Positions 29,735-39,409 of a DNA stretch of 64,000 nt are shown in pieces. Below the pieces are notes generated by a model. The model saw only the letters and a list, made by a program, of their open reading frames with translations. It made no database searches and was not told the DNA's origin. Source of the stretch: Fidelibacterota bacterium. Its GTDB lineage: Bacteria > Fidelibacterota > Marinisomatia > Marinisomatales > Marinisomataceae. The stretch covers positions 161,880 through 225,879 of the forward strand of contig OZ243041.1 of the NCBI GenBank assembly GCA_965212055.1, given 5' to 3'. The translations under genes and the position numbers were made by a program. Position 1 is the stretch's first letter; every line of letters begins with the position of its first letter.

Positions 29735-30285
29735 GTACATAAAGACACTTTCTTGATCGCGGCAATCCAGGGAAAATTTATACCAAGGCATAAGAAAAAT
29801 AGAGAGTGACTATCTTCGGAAGTCCTTTTATGTATGAAAGAGATATATTTTGTATGGAGTAATTGCAAAAGGGAATAGAGCATGGAAATTAATAAACAAA
29901 ATGAAATAATGGTTCTTGAACATATTATGGTAAAAATAAAAATTATCAATCATTTGCTAGCTGAAGCAGAAAGTTCTATGTGCATTAATTCAATTTGGCA
30001 TATTACCAACTAAGCTACACTCCTGAGATTTCTGATGAACTGTAAGTTATTGGGTTTTTTTAATGGAAAAGGCTGATAAAGATGCATTTCTGGGATGAAT
30101 GTGTAACAGGAAGATAGAAAGGTACCTTATCAGTCATCAGAAGCAATAAAGAACTGTAAAATTGTGATTCTTAATGAGCTTTATGGATGATTATGATAAT
30201 CCTACAGAACAAAAGCTTTAAGTGACTGATCTTTATTCATATGGATGACAATTTTCCATATATTTTGAATAAAGTATAACAGATA
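29735..30285 (+). repeat. degenerate, indel-riddled direct copy of 28975-29320 (terminator hairpin plus small lipoprotein gene); non-functional
   Basis: Collinear identical blocks, for example 29153-29172 = 30072-30091 (20 nt), 29174-29191 = 30094-30111 and 29284-29301 = 30226-30243. The blocks are separated by many short extra segments in the second copy. Confidence 0.65.
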
Positions 30286-30287
30286 TA

Positions 30288-31361
30288 TTGAAAATACTAA
30301 GAACACCAGACAAGCATTTTGCTCATTTAAAAGAGTACCCATTTAGCCCTCATTATACTACCATCAAAACGCATGATAATTCTGATTTAAGAATTCATCA
30401 TCTTGATGAAGGGCCTAAAAATGGACCAATTCTATTATGTATCCATGGACAGCCTGTATGGAGCTATCTTTATTCACGCATGATCCCTCTTCTTGCCGAA
30501 GCGGGCGTCCGTGTTATTGCACCTGATCTTCCTGGATATGGGAAATCGGATAAACCAGCTGCTAGGGAAGATTATAGTTATCAACGACAAGTAGACTGGA
30601 TGAACCAGTGGCTTCAAAAAAATGATTTTTCCAATGTAACTTTATTTGGACAAGATTGGGGTGGGCTGATTGGATTACGAATGGTTGCAGATAATGATGC
30701 ACGATTTGATCAAGTGTCTATGGGGAATACAGGCTTGCCTTATAATCCAGATGTTCCTGAAGATCTTGTAAAAAAAGTAAAAGAATTCAGGAATGACCCA
30801 AAACCGCTTACCATGATTAATTTTTTAAAAGGATTTATCAACACAGGTAATTCACAAGAAGAATATCTCCTTGCCTTTGCTCATTGGCAAAAATATTGTT
30901 GGGAAACCAAAGATTTACCTGTTGGTATCTTTAATTCGATGTCAATGGAAAGAAGAAATAAAATAGAATTTTCCTTAGAACAATTGATGGATAAGCTAGG
31001 GTTAAGAAATATATATCCCTTTCGAAGTACACTGAGCAGAGCATATGAAGCTCCTTTTCCTGATCCAAGTTTCAAGATGGGTCCTAGAGCTATGCCAAGA
31101 CAAGTACCAATATTTCCTGACCGATCATTGGAAGCACAAAAAAACGCTTGGGAATATTTTTCCCAATTTGAAAAACCTTTTCTATGTGTTTTTGCTGGTA
31201 ATGATCGTATTACCAATGGAGGGGAAAAACCTTTTTTAAAAAAAGTGCCAGGTACAAAAAATCAACCTCATGTTTTAAATATTGGTGGGGGGCATTTCTT
31301 TCAATGGACACGTCCTAAGGAATTGTCAGAAGTACTCATTAATTTTGTTAAAAGAACATAG
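30288..31361 (+). CDS. haloalkane dehalogenase-like alpha/beta hydrolase (DhlA/HLD-I-like) with an enlarged cap region; TTG start
   Basis: LRTPD..F..L..YPFSPHY N-terminus, HG.P.WSYLY, nucleophile elbow GQDWGG, cap Trp (AHWQKY), PFPD, acid AGNDRI, His GGGHFFQ. Confidence 0.8.
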   Translation: MKILRTPDKHFAHLKEYPFSPHYTTIKTHDNSDLRIHHLDEGPKNGPILLCIHGQPVWSYLYSRMIPLLAEAGVRVIAPDLPGYGKSDKPAAREDYSYQRQVDWMNQWLQKNDFSNVTLFGQDWGGLIGLRMVADNDARFDQVSMGNTGLPYNPDVPEDLVKKVKEFRNDPKPLTMINFLKGFINTGNSQEEYLLAFAHWQKYCWETKDLPVGIFNSMSMERRNKIEFSLEQLMDKLGLRNIYPFRSTLSRAYEAPFPDPSFKMGPRAMPRQVPIFPDRSLEAQKNAWEYFSQFEKPFLCVFAGNDRITNGGEKPFLKKVPGTKNQPHVLNIGGGHFFQWTRPKELSEVLINFVKRT

Positions 31362-31412
31362 AACTAATAGTTCTTTATTTGCTAAAGGATCATTATTCAC
31401 ATAAATTCCCCC

Positions 31413-32930
31413 ATGAATAAAATTGCTATCAGATTATTACTCTTTATTATTTCATCTAGTTTACTTTTCCCGCAAGACAATCAATATCCTGTAGATTTAG
31501 AGGTTGTTTCACAAATTCGTGAAGAGGGACTCAATCATTCTGATCTTCCTAATACGTTATCTTATATGACAGATGTATTAGGTGCTCGTTTAACCAATTC
31601 TGATGATATGTATCGTGCGCAAGAGTGGGCGATTGAAAAAATGCAAGAAATAGGATTGGAAAACATCGAAATAGAACCATTTATGGATTATGGTGTTAGT
31701 TGGGATAACACATATTTTAGCTTACACTTATTAGAGCCAGATTATCAACCAATGCTTGGATACCCAATTGCACATACGCCTGGAACGATGGGAAAAAAAC
31801 AATTAGACACCGTCATCGCAAAAATTAGAACCAAGTCAGATTTAAAAAAGTATAAAGGGAAATTAAAGGGAAAAGCCGTATTGTCTACTCGACCACCTAC
31901 CATTAATCTAGCGGTATTTCGAGATGGGGTAAAACCGTGGAGCGATGAAGAATTAAAAGCAAAAGAACAACCTCGCGAAAAACGTAAACAATCGGAAGAA
32001 TCAGGTCCGAAAGAAAAATTAATTGGTCCTGCAGACCGAAATGCTTTTTTCAAAAAAGAAGGAGTTGCAGTGATTCTAGAATCTCGTAGCGGTTGGTTAG
32101 CAGCAGTAAGAGGATTTGCTCGTCCAGGAGCAAAAAAAGACAAATATGATAGAAAAGAAACAGTAGCTCATGTGCCAGTTGTAGCAGTAACTCCAGAACA
32201 TTATAATCGTATGTATCGTATTCTTGAACGTGATATTCCAGTAAAAATTGAAGTAGATATTAAAACAACGATTGGAAACAAAAGAAGAGAAGCAAGAAAT
32301 GTGATAGCTGAAATTCCTGGATCAGATTTAAAAGATGAAGTGGTAATGCTTGGTGCACATTTTGATACTTGGCATGCAAGTCCAAACGCCAGCGACAATA
32401 CATCAGGTGTTGCTGTTATGTTGGAAGCAGTACGTATTTTAAAAACAATAGGGGTACAACCTCGCAGGACCATCCGAATAGCCTTATGGAGTGGTGAGGA
32501 ACAAGGGTTGCATGGATCACGCAAGTATGTAGAAAAACATTTTGGGGATGCCGATAATCCTAAGCCTGATTATGAGAAATTTTCAGTTTATTTTAATCAA
32601 GATTATGGTCCAGGTTTGTACAGAGGATTTTATCTTCAAGGCAATGAGAATGCACGCGATGTATTTACTTCTTGGACGAAGCCTTTTAATGATTTAGGAA
32701 TGACTACAATCTCTCCACAATCTGTTGGCAGTACAGATCATATCCCGTTCCATCGCCGTGGTTTGCCAGCATTCCAATTTTTACAAGATAGAGTTGGAGG
32801 AACAGGTGGGCATACGAATTTAGATTTTTATGATACGTTACCTGTTGAAGATTTAAAGAAAAATGCTGTGATTGTTGCTGCATTTGTATATCATGCAGCC
32901 ATGATGGATGAAAGAATTCCCCGTCAATGA
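31413..32930 (+). CDS. M28 family metallopeptidase with a PA-like insert, secreted
   Basis: Signal peptide. HFDTWH, DN.SG and GEEQGL.GS zinc-ligand motifs. Confidence 0.8.
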   Translation: MNKIAIRLLLFIISSSLLFPQDNQYPVDLEVVSQIREEGLNHSDLPNTLSYMTDVLGARLTNSDDMYRAQEWAIEKMQEIGLENIEIEPFMDYGVSWDNTYFSLHLLEPDYQPMLGYPIAHTPGTMGKKQLDTVIAKIRTKSDLKKYKGKLKGKAVLSTRPPTINLAVFRDGVKPWSDEELKAKEQPREKRKQSEESGPKEKLIGPADRNAFFKKEGVAVILESRSGWLAAVRGFARPGAKKDKYDRKETVAHVPVVAVTPEHYNRMYRILERDIPVKIEVDIKTTIGNKRREARNVIAEIPGSDLKDEVVMLGAHFDTWHASPNASDNTSGVAVMLEAVRILKTIGVQPRRTIRIALWSGEEQGLHGSRKYVEKHFGDADNPKPDYEKFSVYFNQDYGPGLYRGFYLQGNENARDVFTSWTKPFNDLGMTTISPQSVGSTDHIPFHRRGLPAFQFLQDRVGGTGGHTNLDFYDTLPVEDLKKNAVIVAAFVYHAAMMDERIPRQ

Positions 32931-33796
32931 GTTTTTCTATGCCAATGGTGGGATTGGGTACTTGGCTTATTTCCAATGATGAAGTATCTAGAGTAGTAAC
33001 CGATGCTCTCGATTTAGGCTATAAACACATTGACACGGCTCAAATTTATCAAAATGAATCAGGTATTGGAGAAGCAATTTCAAAAGCATCTATTGATAGA
33101 GATAAATTTTTTATTACAACCAAAATGTGGCCAGGAATGGTTGGCGATGAAACATTTCAAGATTTTAAAGGGGCACTGAATGCCTGTGATCAAAGTCTGC
33201 AGATGTTACAATCAGATTATATTGATTTGTATTTAATTCATAATCCGTTTGGAAAAGATCGTCGATTAGAGCAGTGGGAAGCATTGGTTGAATTACAAAA
33301 ACAAGGCAAAGTAAAAGATATTGGCGTTTCTAACTACAATGTTAAACATATTCAAGAAATTGAACATGCTAATCTTCCCATGCCTGTTGCAAATCAAATT
33401 GAGATACATCCTTATCATATGATTCCAGATCCATTACAAGCATATATGATGAAACACAATATTTTACCCATTGCGTATTCTACTTTAGCACCGCTTCCTA
33501 ATTGGCGTAAGGGATCACGCTGGAATTCCAAACCTGAAGCAATGAAGAATGATTCATCTATCCCTTTTTTAGAGATTGCAAAGACATACAATGTTTCGGT
33601 TGCACAGCTATTGCTACAATGGAGCCTGCAGAACGGATGGCCAATTTTGCCTAAGACCACTTCTAAAGAACGCTTAAAAGAAAACTTAGATTTAGATTTT
33701 ACTATTTCAAGTGAAGATATGAACCATATTTCTACTGCTAACAAAGACCAATCTCTAGCATGGCAGGAAAAATTTGATCCATTGGATGTTGAATAA
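32927..33796 (+). CDS. aldo/keto reductase
   Basis: GLGTW, HIDTAQIY, DLYLIH and ILPKT motifs. Confidence 0.85.
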   Translation: MSFSMPMVGLGTWLISNDEVSRVVTDALDLGYKHIDTAQIYQNESGIGEAISKASIDRDKFFITTKMWPGMVGDETFQDFKGALNACDQSLQMLQSDYIDLYLIHNPFGKDRRLEQWEALVELQKQGKVKDIGVSNYNVKHIQEIEHANLPMPVANQIEIHPYHMIPDPLQAYMMKHNILPIAYSTLAPLPNWRKGSRWNSKPEAMKNDSSIPFLEIAKTYNVSVAQLLLQWSLQNGWPILPKTTSKERLKENLDLDFTISSEDMNHISTANKDQSLAWQEKFDPLDVE

Positions 33797-33808
33797 GGAC
33801 TATACATT

Positions 33809-34567
33809 ATGAGTTATGAATATCGACCTTTAGTTGGAGAAAGTTATCGCTATAATGTAGATAGCGAAAAACCTTTCAAAATTAGCAGAACTAAAATTGA
33901 ATTGTTTTATAACTGTCCTAGATGTTTTTTTAAACAAATTAAGTTAGGTCTTCGAGAACCTCCTATGCCTTCCTGGGCTATTAATAGCGCTGTGGATGCA
34001 CTATTGAAGAAGGAAATGGATTTTTGTAGAAAAGAAGATAGACCGCATGGGATTTTCAAAGAGAATAAGCTAAATATTAAACCATTCCACCATAATGATA
34101 TTGAAAAATGGCAAAATCCTTTTACTGGCATCCAATTTTTGGATGAAGAACATAATTTTTTATTATATGGCGGTGTTGATGATATCATGGAAGATGAAAA
34201 TGGACAATTAATAGTTATTGATTTTAAAGCAACTGCAAAAGCTGCTGACATTCTTTCCCCATCTAATGTCTATAATAATGGTGCTCCATATAAAAGGCAG
34301 CTTGAAATTTATAGCTGGTTACTTCAAAAAAATAATTTTGATGTTTCTTCAACAGGATATCTTTTGTACTACAATGGCGATGCAAGCAAAGATTACCTAG
34401 GTAAAGAAATGTATTTTAGAAGAACACTAGTCCGTTTTGAGTTAGATACAGAATGGATTTCTCCTATAATAAATGATATGCATGCATGTCTTCAAGAAGA
34501 TCAAATGCCATCCCAATCTGAAGGATGTGAAGAATGTTTGTATCTAGAAACTGTTTCTAAACTTTAA
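33809..34567 (+). CDS. PD-(D/E)XK nuclease, Cas4/RecB-like with a 1+3 cysteine (Fe-S) pattern
   Basis: CPRCFF near the N-terminus, GGVDD...VIDFK core, C-x13-C-x2-C at the C-terminus. Confidence 0.55.
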   Translation: MSYEYRPLVGESYRYNVDSEKPFKISRTKIELFYNCPRCFFKQIKLGLREPPMPSWAINSAVDALLKKEMDFCRKEDRPHGIFKENKLNIKPFHHNDIEKWQNPFTGIQFLDEEHNFLLYGGVDDIMEDENGQLIVIDFKATAKAADILSPSNVYNNGAPYKRQLEIYSWLLQKNNFDVSSTGYLLYYNGDASKDYLGKEMYFRRTLVRFELDTEWISPIINDMHACLQEDQMPSQSEGCEECLYLETVSKL

Positions 34568-34579
34568 GTTCAGTCTTTT

Positions 34580-35248
34580 CTATTTCATCCCATTCGGTTT
34601 ATTAAATGTATAGATAATATCTATTTTATCTGACTGAGATATACCTCCAGGATTTAATCCAGGTTCTCCCTCCGGGATTTCTGCATTTAATTCTTCATAA
34701 TAACTTACCCAGTGTACAAACGGGGTATCTGTATTGGGTTCATTAAAAGTCATTGGATTAATAGCAAATAAATTTTGGGTGGAATCTGCCATTTCAAATC
34801 CTTTATAGATTACTTCTGAACAGTAATATGTATCATCAGTTAGATCAAAAATATAATCATACGGTTTTCCAAAGATATGATTTTCAATATAGGCAATCGC
34901 ATCTGAAATCATATACTGATAATCATTTTTTAGTCTTCCAACAATTACCCGATTATCGCGATCAAGAAATTCATCTAATGGTGTTTTAATAACACCATCT
35001 CCAATTGCTTCTATAACGAATATTTGACTAAAATCTTCCCCTTGGATTTCTGTGATAATACCACAATGGGATAGTTGAGCACCATTATATCCAGATGTGA
35101 CTGCTTCAATTGCATCACAGGGTGGGCCACAGTCTAAGTCTTGAAAAATAATATCTCCTACTTTAAAAGAAGTTTGAGGATACATTTGACTAAGGATGAT
35201 TAATATGGCAACGACAAAAAGCGCTAATTTATTATTGAATGAAGACAT
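34580..35248 (-). CDS. YiiX/permuted papain-like (NlpC/P60 superfamily) secreted protein
   Basis: Signal peptide. SHCGII ... YYCSEVIYKGF arrangement resembles the YiiX family. Confidence 0.5.
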   Translation of the reverse strand: MSSFNNKLALFVVAILIILSQMYPQTSFKVGDIIFQDLDCGPPCDAIEAVTSGYNGAQLSHCGIITEIQGEDFSQIFVIEAIGDGVIKTPLDEFLDRDNRVIVGRLKNDYQYMISDAIAYIENHIFGKPYDYIFDLTDDTYYCSEVIYKGFEMADSTQNLFAINPMTFNEPNTDTPFVHWVSYYEELNAEIPEGEPGLNPGGISQSDKIDIIYTFNKPNGMK

Positions 35249-35580
35249 TAAGTATGGTCACAGATTTTAATCTCTTTTCCTGTGTATTCATATCTTTCAA
35301 GATCAGGCCATGCTTTTGCAACATCATGCCAGTTATCAGATTTTCCAAAATCAGTTTCACGTCGTTTCATACCGACTTGGTATTCTTCTTCAGAATTAAA
35401 CCATAATTCTGCCATTCCGCAACATCCCCCTTCAATATCTTCTTCGAAGAAAGTAAGTACATATTTAACTGGCTCTAACACTTCTACCATATGGGGGGCA
35501 TGAATGTTTTCCCAGTGATCAAAAAAATTAGAACGTTTAATATTGGTTCTGTTTTGAATAAAAAGTACTTTTTTTATCAT
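35248..35580 (-). CDS. EthD-like small protein (start at the internal ATG giving MIKKVLF)
   Basis: About 110 aa with F..HWENIHAPH and AELWF patterns. Weak assignment. Confidence 0.4.
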   Translation of the reverse strand: MIKKVLFIQNRTNIKRSNFFDHWENIHAPHMVEVLEPVKYVLTFFEEDIEGGCCGMAELWFNSEEEYQVGMKRRETDFGKSDNWHDVAKAWPDLERYEYTGKEIKICDHT

Positions 35581-35689
35581 TGAATGCTCCTTACAAGTTG
35601 AAACTAACATCTTTTTTTTATTTAAACATTATTATTTACTTATTACATTGCATTTTACTGTAAATATTTTGTACAACTAGGAGAATTAT

Positions 35690-38032
35690 ATGTTTAGAAA
35701 AAGTTTTACTATTTTGTTTGCGTTGTCATTGGTGTATTCTCAAGTCAATGTAGACAAATTCAAGCAACTGAATGAGGATATTACAACACCAAATACCTAT
35801 CGAACTGCTTCAGGGTATCCAGGTCATGATTATTGGCAGCAAGAAGCAGATTATATCATGGATCTTACTATAGATGATGAGAACCAAATACTTTATGGAG
35901 ATGAAACAATTACTTTTCATAATAATTCACCTGATCAACTTAGTTATTTATGGGTGCAATTAGATCAGAATGTCCGAGCATTAGATTCTGATAGTTATAA
36001 AATTCAATCCTCTGGCGATTTCGGGGCGCAACGCGGTAGAGAAAAAGTCATGGTAGGAGAATCTATTCCTTTAAATACACTCAAAAATTTCTACAGAGAT
36101 TTTGATGGTGGATTCAAGATTGAACATGTAAAAGATAGCTTAAATAGAGATTTACCATATATTATTAATAAAACTATGATGCGTATAGATTTACCAACAC
36201 CATTGCGCGCAGGACAATCTTATAAATTTAAAATTAAATGGTGGTATAATATCAATGATCATATTAAAGATGGCGGAAGATCTGGGTATGAATATTTTGA
36301 AGAAGATGATAATTATATCTATACTATTGCACAGTTCTTTCCACGCATGTGTATGTACAATGATGTTTATGGTTGGCAGAATAAGCAATTCTTAGGTCGA
36401 GGAGAATTCACATTAATTTTCGGAGACTATGATGTAAAAATAACGGTACCTGCTGACCACATTTTAGGAGCTACCGGGGTATTACAAAATTCACAACAAG
36501 TACTTACTAAAGATCAGATTGCTAGATTAGAGGAGTCCAAAACTTCTGATGAACCTGTCAAGATTGTTACAAATTCTGAGGCATTAGAAAATGAAAAAAC
36601 TCAATCTGAAGAAACAAAGACATGGCATTTCAAAGCAGAAAATGTTCGAGACTATGCTTTTGCTACATCAAGAAAATATATATGGGATGCTATCGGTGTT
36701 GATGTTAGTGGAAATACAGTTATGGCAATGTCATATTATCCGAATGAAGCAGAGCCTTTATGGGGGCAATATTCTACAAAAGCTGTAGCACATACAGTGG
36801 AAGTTTATTCAAAGTACACGTTTGATTATCCTTACCCAGTAGCAATTTCAGCTCATATTGATAGGATGGGGATGGAATATCCAATGATTTGTTTTAATGG
36901 GTATAGACCAGAAGAGGATGGAACTTATTCTGAAAGCACAAAGAAAGGTTTAATTGGAGTAATTATCCATGAAGTAGGACATTTTTGGTTTCCTATGATA
37001 GTGAATTCAGATGAAAGACAATGGACGTGGATGGATGAAGGCCTAAACTCGTTTATGGATGATATAGCAGGTAGAGAATGGGATACAGAATTATTCCATC
37101 CTTCAAAAAATACTGAATATATCGTTAGATATATGAAAGGCGATAAATCGAATATTATGCCAATCATGACTAATTCAGAATCAATATATCAATTTGGAGC
37201 AAATGCTTATGGAAAACCAACGCTTGCTTTAAATATATTAAGAGATACAATTATGGGACGTGAGTTATTTGATTATGCTTTTAAAGAATACTCTAAAACA
37301 TGGATGTTTAAACATCCAACTCCAACAGATTTTTTCAGAATTATGGAGAATGCATCTGCAGTGGATTTAGACTGGTTTTGGAGAGGATGGTTTTTTAGTA
37401 ATGATCATGTTGATTTATCTATTGAATCTGTTAATTGGTATCAACTTGAAATGGATCCAGAAGCAAAAAAATCATACGATAAAGAATCTGATAATAAGGA
37501 TCAATATTATAGTGCAATGCTTGATGAAGAAGATATTGAATCAACAGTGACAGATCGTGATCCAGCTACTAGAGATTTTTACGATAATTATGATAAACAT
37601 CAGGTTACCAAAAGAGATGAAAAAGAATATCGTGATTTTGTAGATGATTTGTCAGATAAAGAACGCGATTTGGTCAACGAGAATGACCATTTTTATTCTG
37701 TAAAATTTTCTGATAATGATGGCATAATTATGCCAATTATTCTTGAATTTGAGTATGAAGATGGAGAGAAAGAAGTTATTCGAATTCCAGTCGAAATATG
37801 GAGATTTAATAGAGGAGAAGTAACCAAAGTCTTTAAGACAGAGAAGCCTATTAAAAATATGACATTAGATCCATTTTTTGAAATTGCTGATGTTGAAAGA
37901 AATAATAATCATTGGCCTGAAAAAGTACAACCGACACGATTTGAGACATTTAAAACTTCTGGTTGGGGCGGAGGCAAAAATCTAATGCAACGTGTAGGTG
38001 ATGATGCTCCAAGTCCAGACACTTCTGAATAA
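35690..38032 (+). CDS. M1 family metallopeptidase, secreted
   Basis: Signal peptide. HEVGHFWF-x18-E (HExxH...E) zinc site. Confidence 0.85.
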   Translation: MFRKSFTILFALSLVYSQVNVDKFKQLNEDITTPNTYRTASGYPGHDYWQQEADYIMDLTIDDENQILYGDETITFHNNSPDQLSYLWVQLDQNVRALDSDSYKIQSSGDFGAQRGREKVMVGESIPLNTLKNFYRDFDGGFKIEHVKDSLNRDLPYIINKTMMRIDLPTPLRAGQSYKFKIKWWYNINDHIKDGGRSGYEYFEEDDNYIYTIAQFFPRMCMYNDVYGWQNKQFLGRGEFTLIFGDYDVKITVPADHILGATGVLQNSQQVLTKDQIARLEESKTSDEPVKIVTNSEALENEKTQSEETKTWHFKAENVRDYAFATSRKYIWDAIGVDVSGNTVMAMSYYPNEAEPLWGQYSTKAVAHTVEVYSKYTFDYPYPVAISAHIDRMGMEYPMICFNGYRPEEDGTYSESTKKGLIGVIIHEVGHFWFPMIVNSDERQWTWMDEGLNSFMDDIAGREWDTELFHPSKNTEYIVRYMKGDKSNIMPIMTNSESIYQFGANAYGKPTLALNILRDTIMGRELFDYAFKEYSKTWMFKHPTPTDFFRIMENASAVDLDWFWRGWFFSNDHVDLSIESVNWYQLEMDPEAKKSYDKESDNKDQYYSAMLDEEDIESTVTDRDPATRDFYDNYDKHQVTKRDEKEYRDFVDDLSDKERDLVNENDHFYSVKFSDNDGIIMPIILEFEYEDGEKEVIRIPVEIWRFNRGEVTKVFKTEKPIKNMTLDPFFEIADVERNNNHWPEKVQPTRFETFKTSGWGGGKNLMQRVGDDAPSPDTSE

Positions 38033-38035
38033 AAA

Positions 38036-38518
38036 ATGAATTATATTTCAAAGGCAATAGGTTCAGTATTCTTATTGAGCATAGTTTTTGCACATCAGTT
38101 TTTTATTTCTACGACTGATATACAATTCAAACCAGAAGAAAAAAGAGCTGAAATTACTATACAAATTTTTACACATGATATTAATCTTTTGCTAGAGAAT
38201 GCGAATTACAAAACAATAGATTTAGGTACCAAAAAAGAAAGTGATAATATTGATATTTTTCTAGTCAACTATTTATCTGATAATTTTGTTATTCAAGATT
38301 ATAGATGGAAATATGTTGGTAAAGAAGTTGGAGCAGACTATACTCTTTTCTTTTTGGAAATAGAAGATTTTTCTTTATCTCCTAAAATTGCTATTCTGAA
38401 TTCGTTATTTATGGATTTATATAACAAGCAACGTAATGTTGTAAATTTTTATAACGGAGACACTATCCAATCTGCTAGCATGACTACTGCGCAACCAGTA
38501 TTTTCATTTAATTTTTAG
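38036..38518 (+). CDS. hypothetical secreted protein (DUF6702-like by recollection)
   Basis: Signal peptide. AHQFFISTTDIQF pattern. Lies 3 nt after the M1 peptidase gene. Confidence 0.4.
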   Translation: MNYISKAIGSVFLLSIVFAHQFFISTTDIQFKPEEKRAEITIQIFTHDINLLLENANYKTIDLGTKKESDNIDIFLVNYLSDNFVIQDYRWKYVGKEVGADYTLFFLEIEDFSLSPKIAILNSLFMDLYNKQRNVVNFYNGDTIQSASMTTAQPVFSFNF

Positions 38519-39347
38519 AATCTAATTTATATCCAGTAATCCAAATAATAATAGCCCCACCCATCATTGCAAGGCATAATAATTGCCCCATACTTAAGTT
38601 CAGTAAAATAAAACCTAAATGCTCATCTGGTTCGCGGAAATATTCGATAAAGAAACGGAAAAATCCATACCCAAATACATATAATCCACTATTAAATCCT
38701 TGAAATCTGTTTTTAAACAATTTGATTACACCAAACAATACAATGCCTTCAAAAAATGCTTCATATAATTGTGAAGGATGTCTTAATTGATAATCGCCAG
38801 AATTTGGGAAGTACATTCCAATAGATGCTTCTGTCACTCGACCATATAGTTCTCCATTAATAAAGTTTCCAATTCTTCCAAAGAAAAATCCTAAAGGAAT
38901 TGCTGGTGTCATAAAATCTGCAATGGTGTATAAGTGTAATCCTTTTTTTCGTCCATACATCCACATTGCAATAAGAACACCAATTAAACCGCCGTGATAA
39001 GACATACCTGCAATGCCAGTGAATTCCCATACTCCATTTTGGATAGAAAAAGGAAGAAGAATTTCTAATGGATTTGCTAAGTAATATTCAAAATTATAAA
39101 ACAAAACATATCCCAAACGTGCTCCAAGAATTAATGCAATAAAACACCATGATAACAAGTCTTCAAATTCTGATAAAGTTAATTTTGTAAATTTGTTATT
39201 ATTGATTTCTTTTCTACAGAGAAGATACACAACACCAAATGCGACAAGATACATTGTTGAATACCAATAAATAGAGAATGAACCAATCGAAAGTAAGATT
39301 GGATCCATTTTTGAAGGTAAAGTTTGCCACCACAGTATAAAATCCAT
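38508..39347 (-). CDS. lgt: prolipoprotein diacylglyceryl transferase
   Basis: Y.....G...G, GRIGNFINGELYG and HPSQLYE motifs. Confidence 0.9.
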   Translation of the reverse strand: MDFILWWQTLPSKMDPILLSIGSFSIYWYSTMYLVAFGVVYLLCRKEINNNKFTKLTLSEFEDLLSWCFIALILGARLGYVLFYNFEYYLANPLEILLPFSIQNGVWEFTGIAGMSYHGGLIGVLIAMWMYGRKKGLHLYTIADFMTPAIPLGFFFGRIGNFINGELYGRVTEASIGMYFPNSGDYQLRHPSQLYEAFFEGIVLFGVIKLFKNRFQGFNSGLYVFGYGFFRFFIEYFREPDEHLGFILLNLSMGQLLCLAMMGGAIIIWITGYKLDSKN

Positions 39348-39409
39348 GCTGTAAAATACAAAAATTAACTTTGTAACCTAAAAAAAATTATATAATGTAG
39401 AACAATATT

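Noticed and set aside
29400-29949. ORFs 29400-29612 (plus) and 29710-29949 (minus) in the non-coding gap
   Set aside because: Their translations are leucine/isoleucine/phenylalanine-rich and low-complexity, and they lack an RBS. The second overlaps the decayed repeat copy and is most likely not a gene.
28975-30285. Diversity-generating retroelement (template/variable repeat) as an explanation of the two repeat copies
   Set aside because: The differences are mainly insertions and deletions rather than adenine-specific substitutions. No reverse transcriptase gene is present, and the target ORF is destroyed.
28815-30287. An intact integrative element or genomic island at tRNA-His/Pro, and similarly at tRNA-Val
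   Set aside because: There is no integrase, excisionase, transposase or duplicated tRNA 3' segment. Only scar-like repeats and decayed coding sequence remain.
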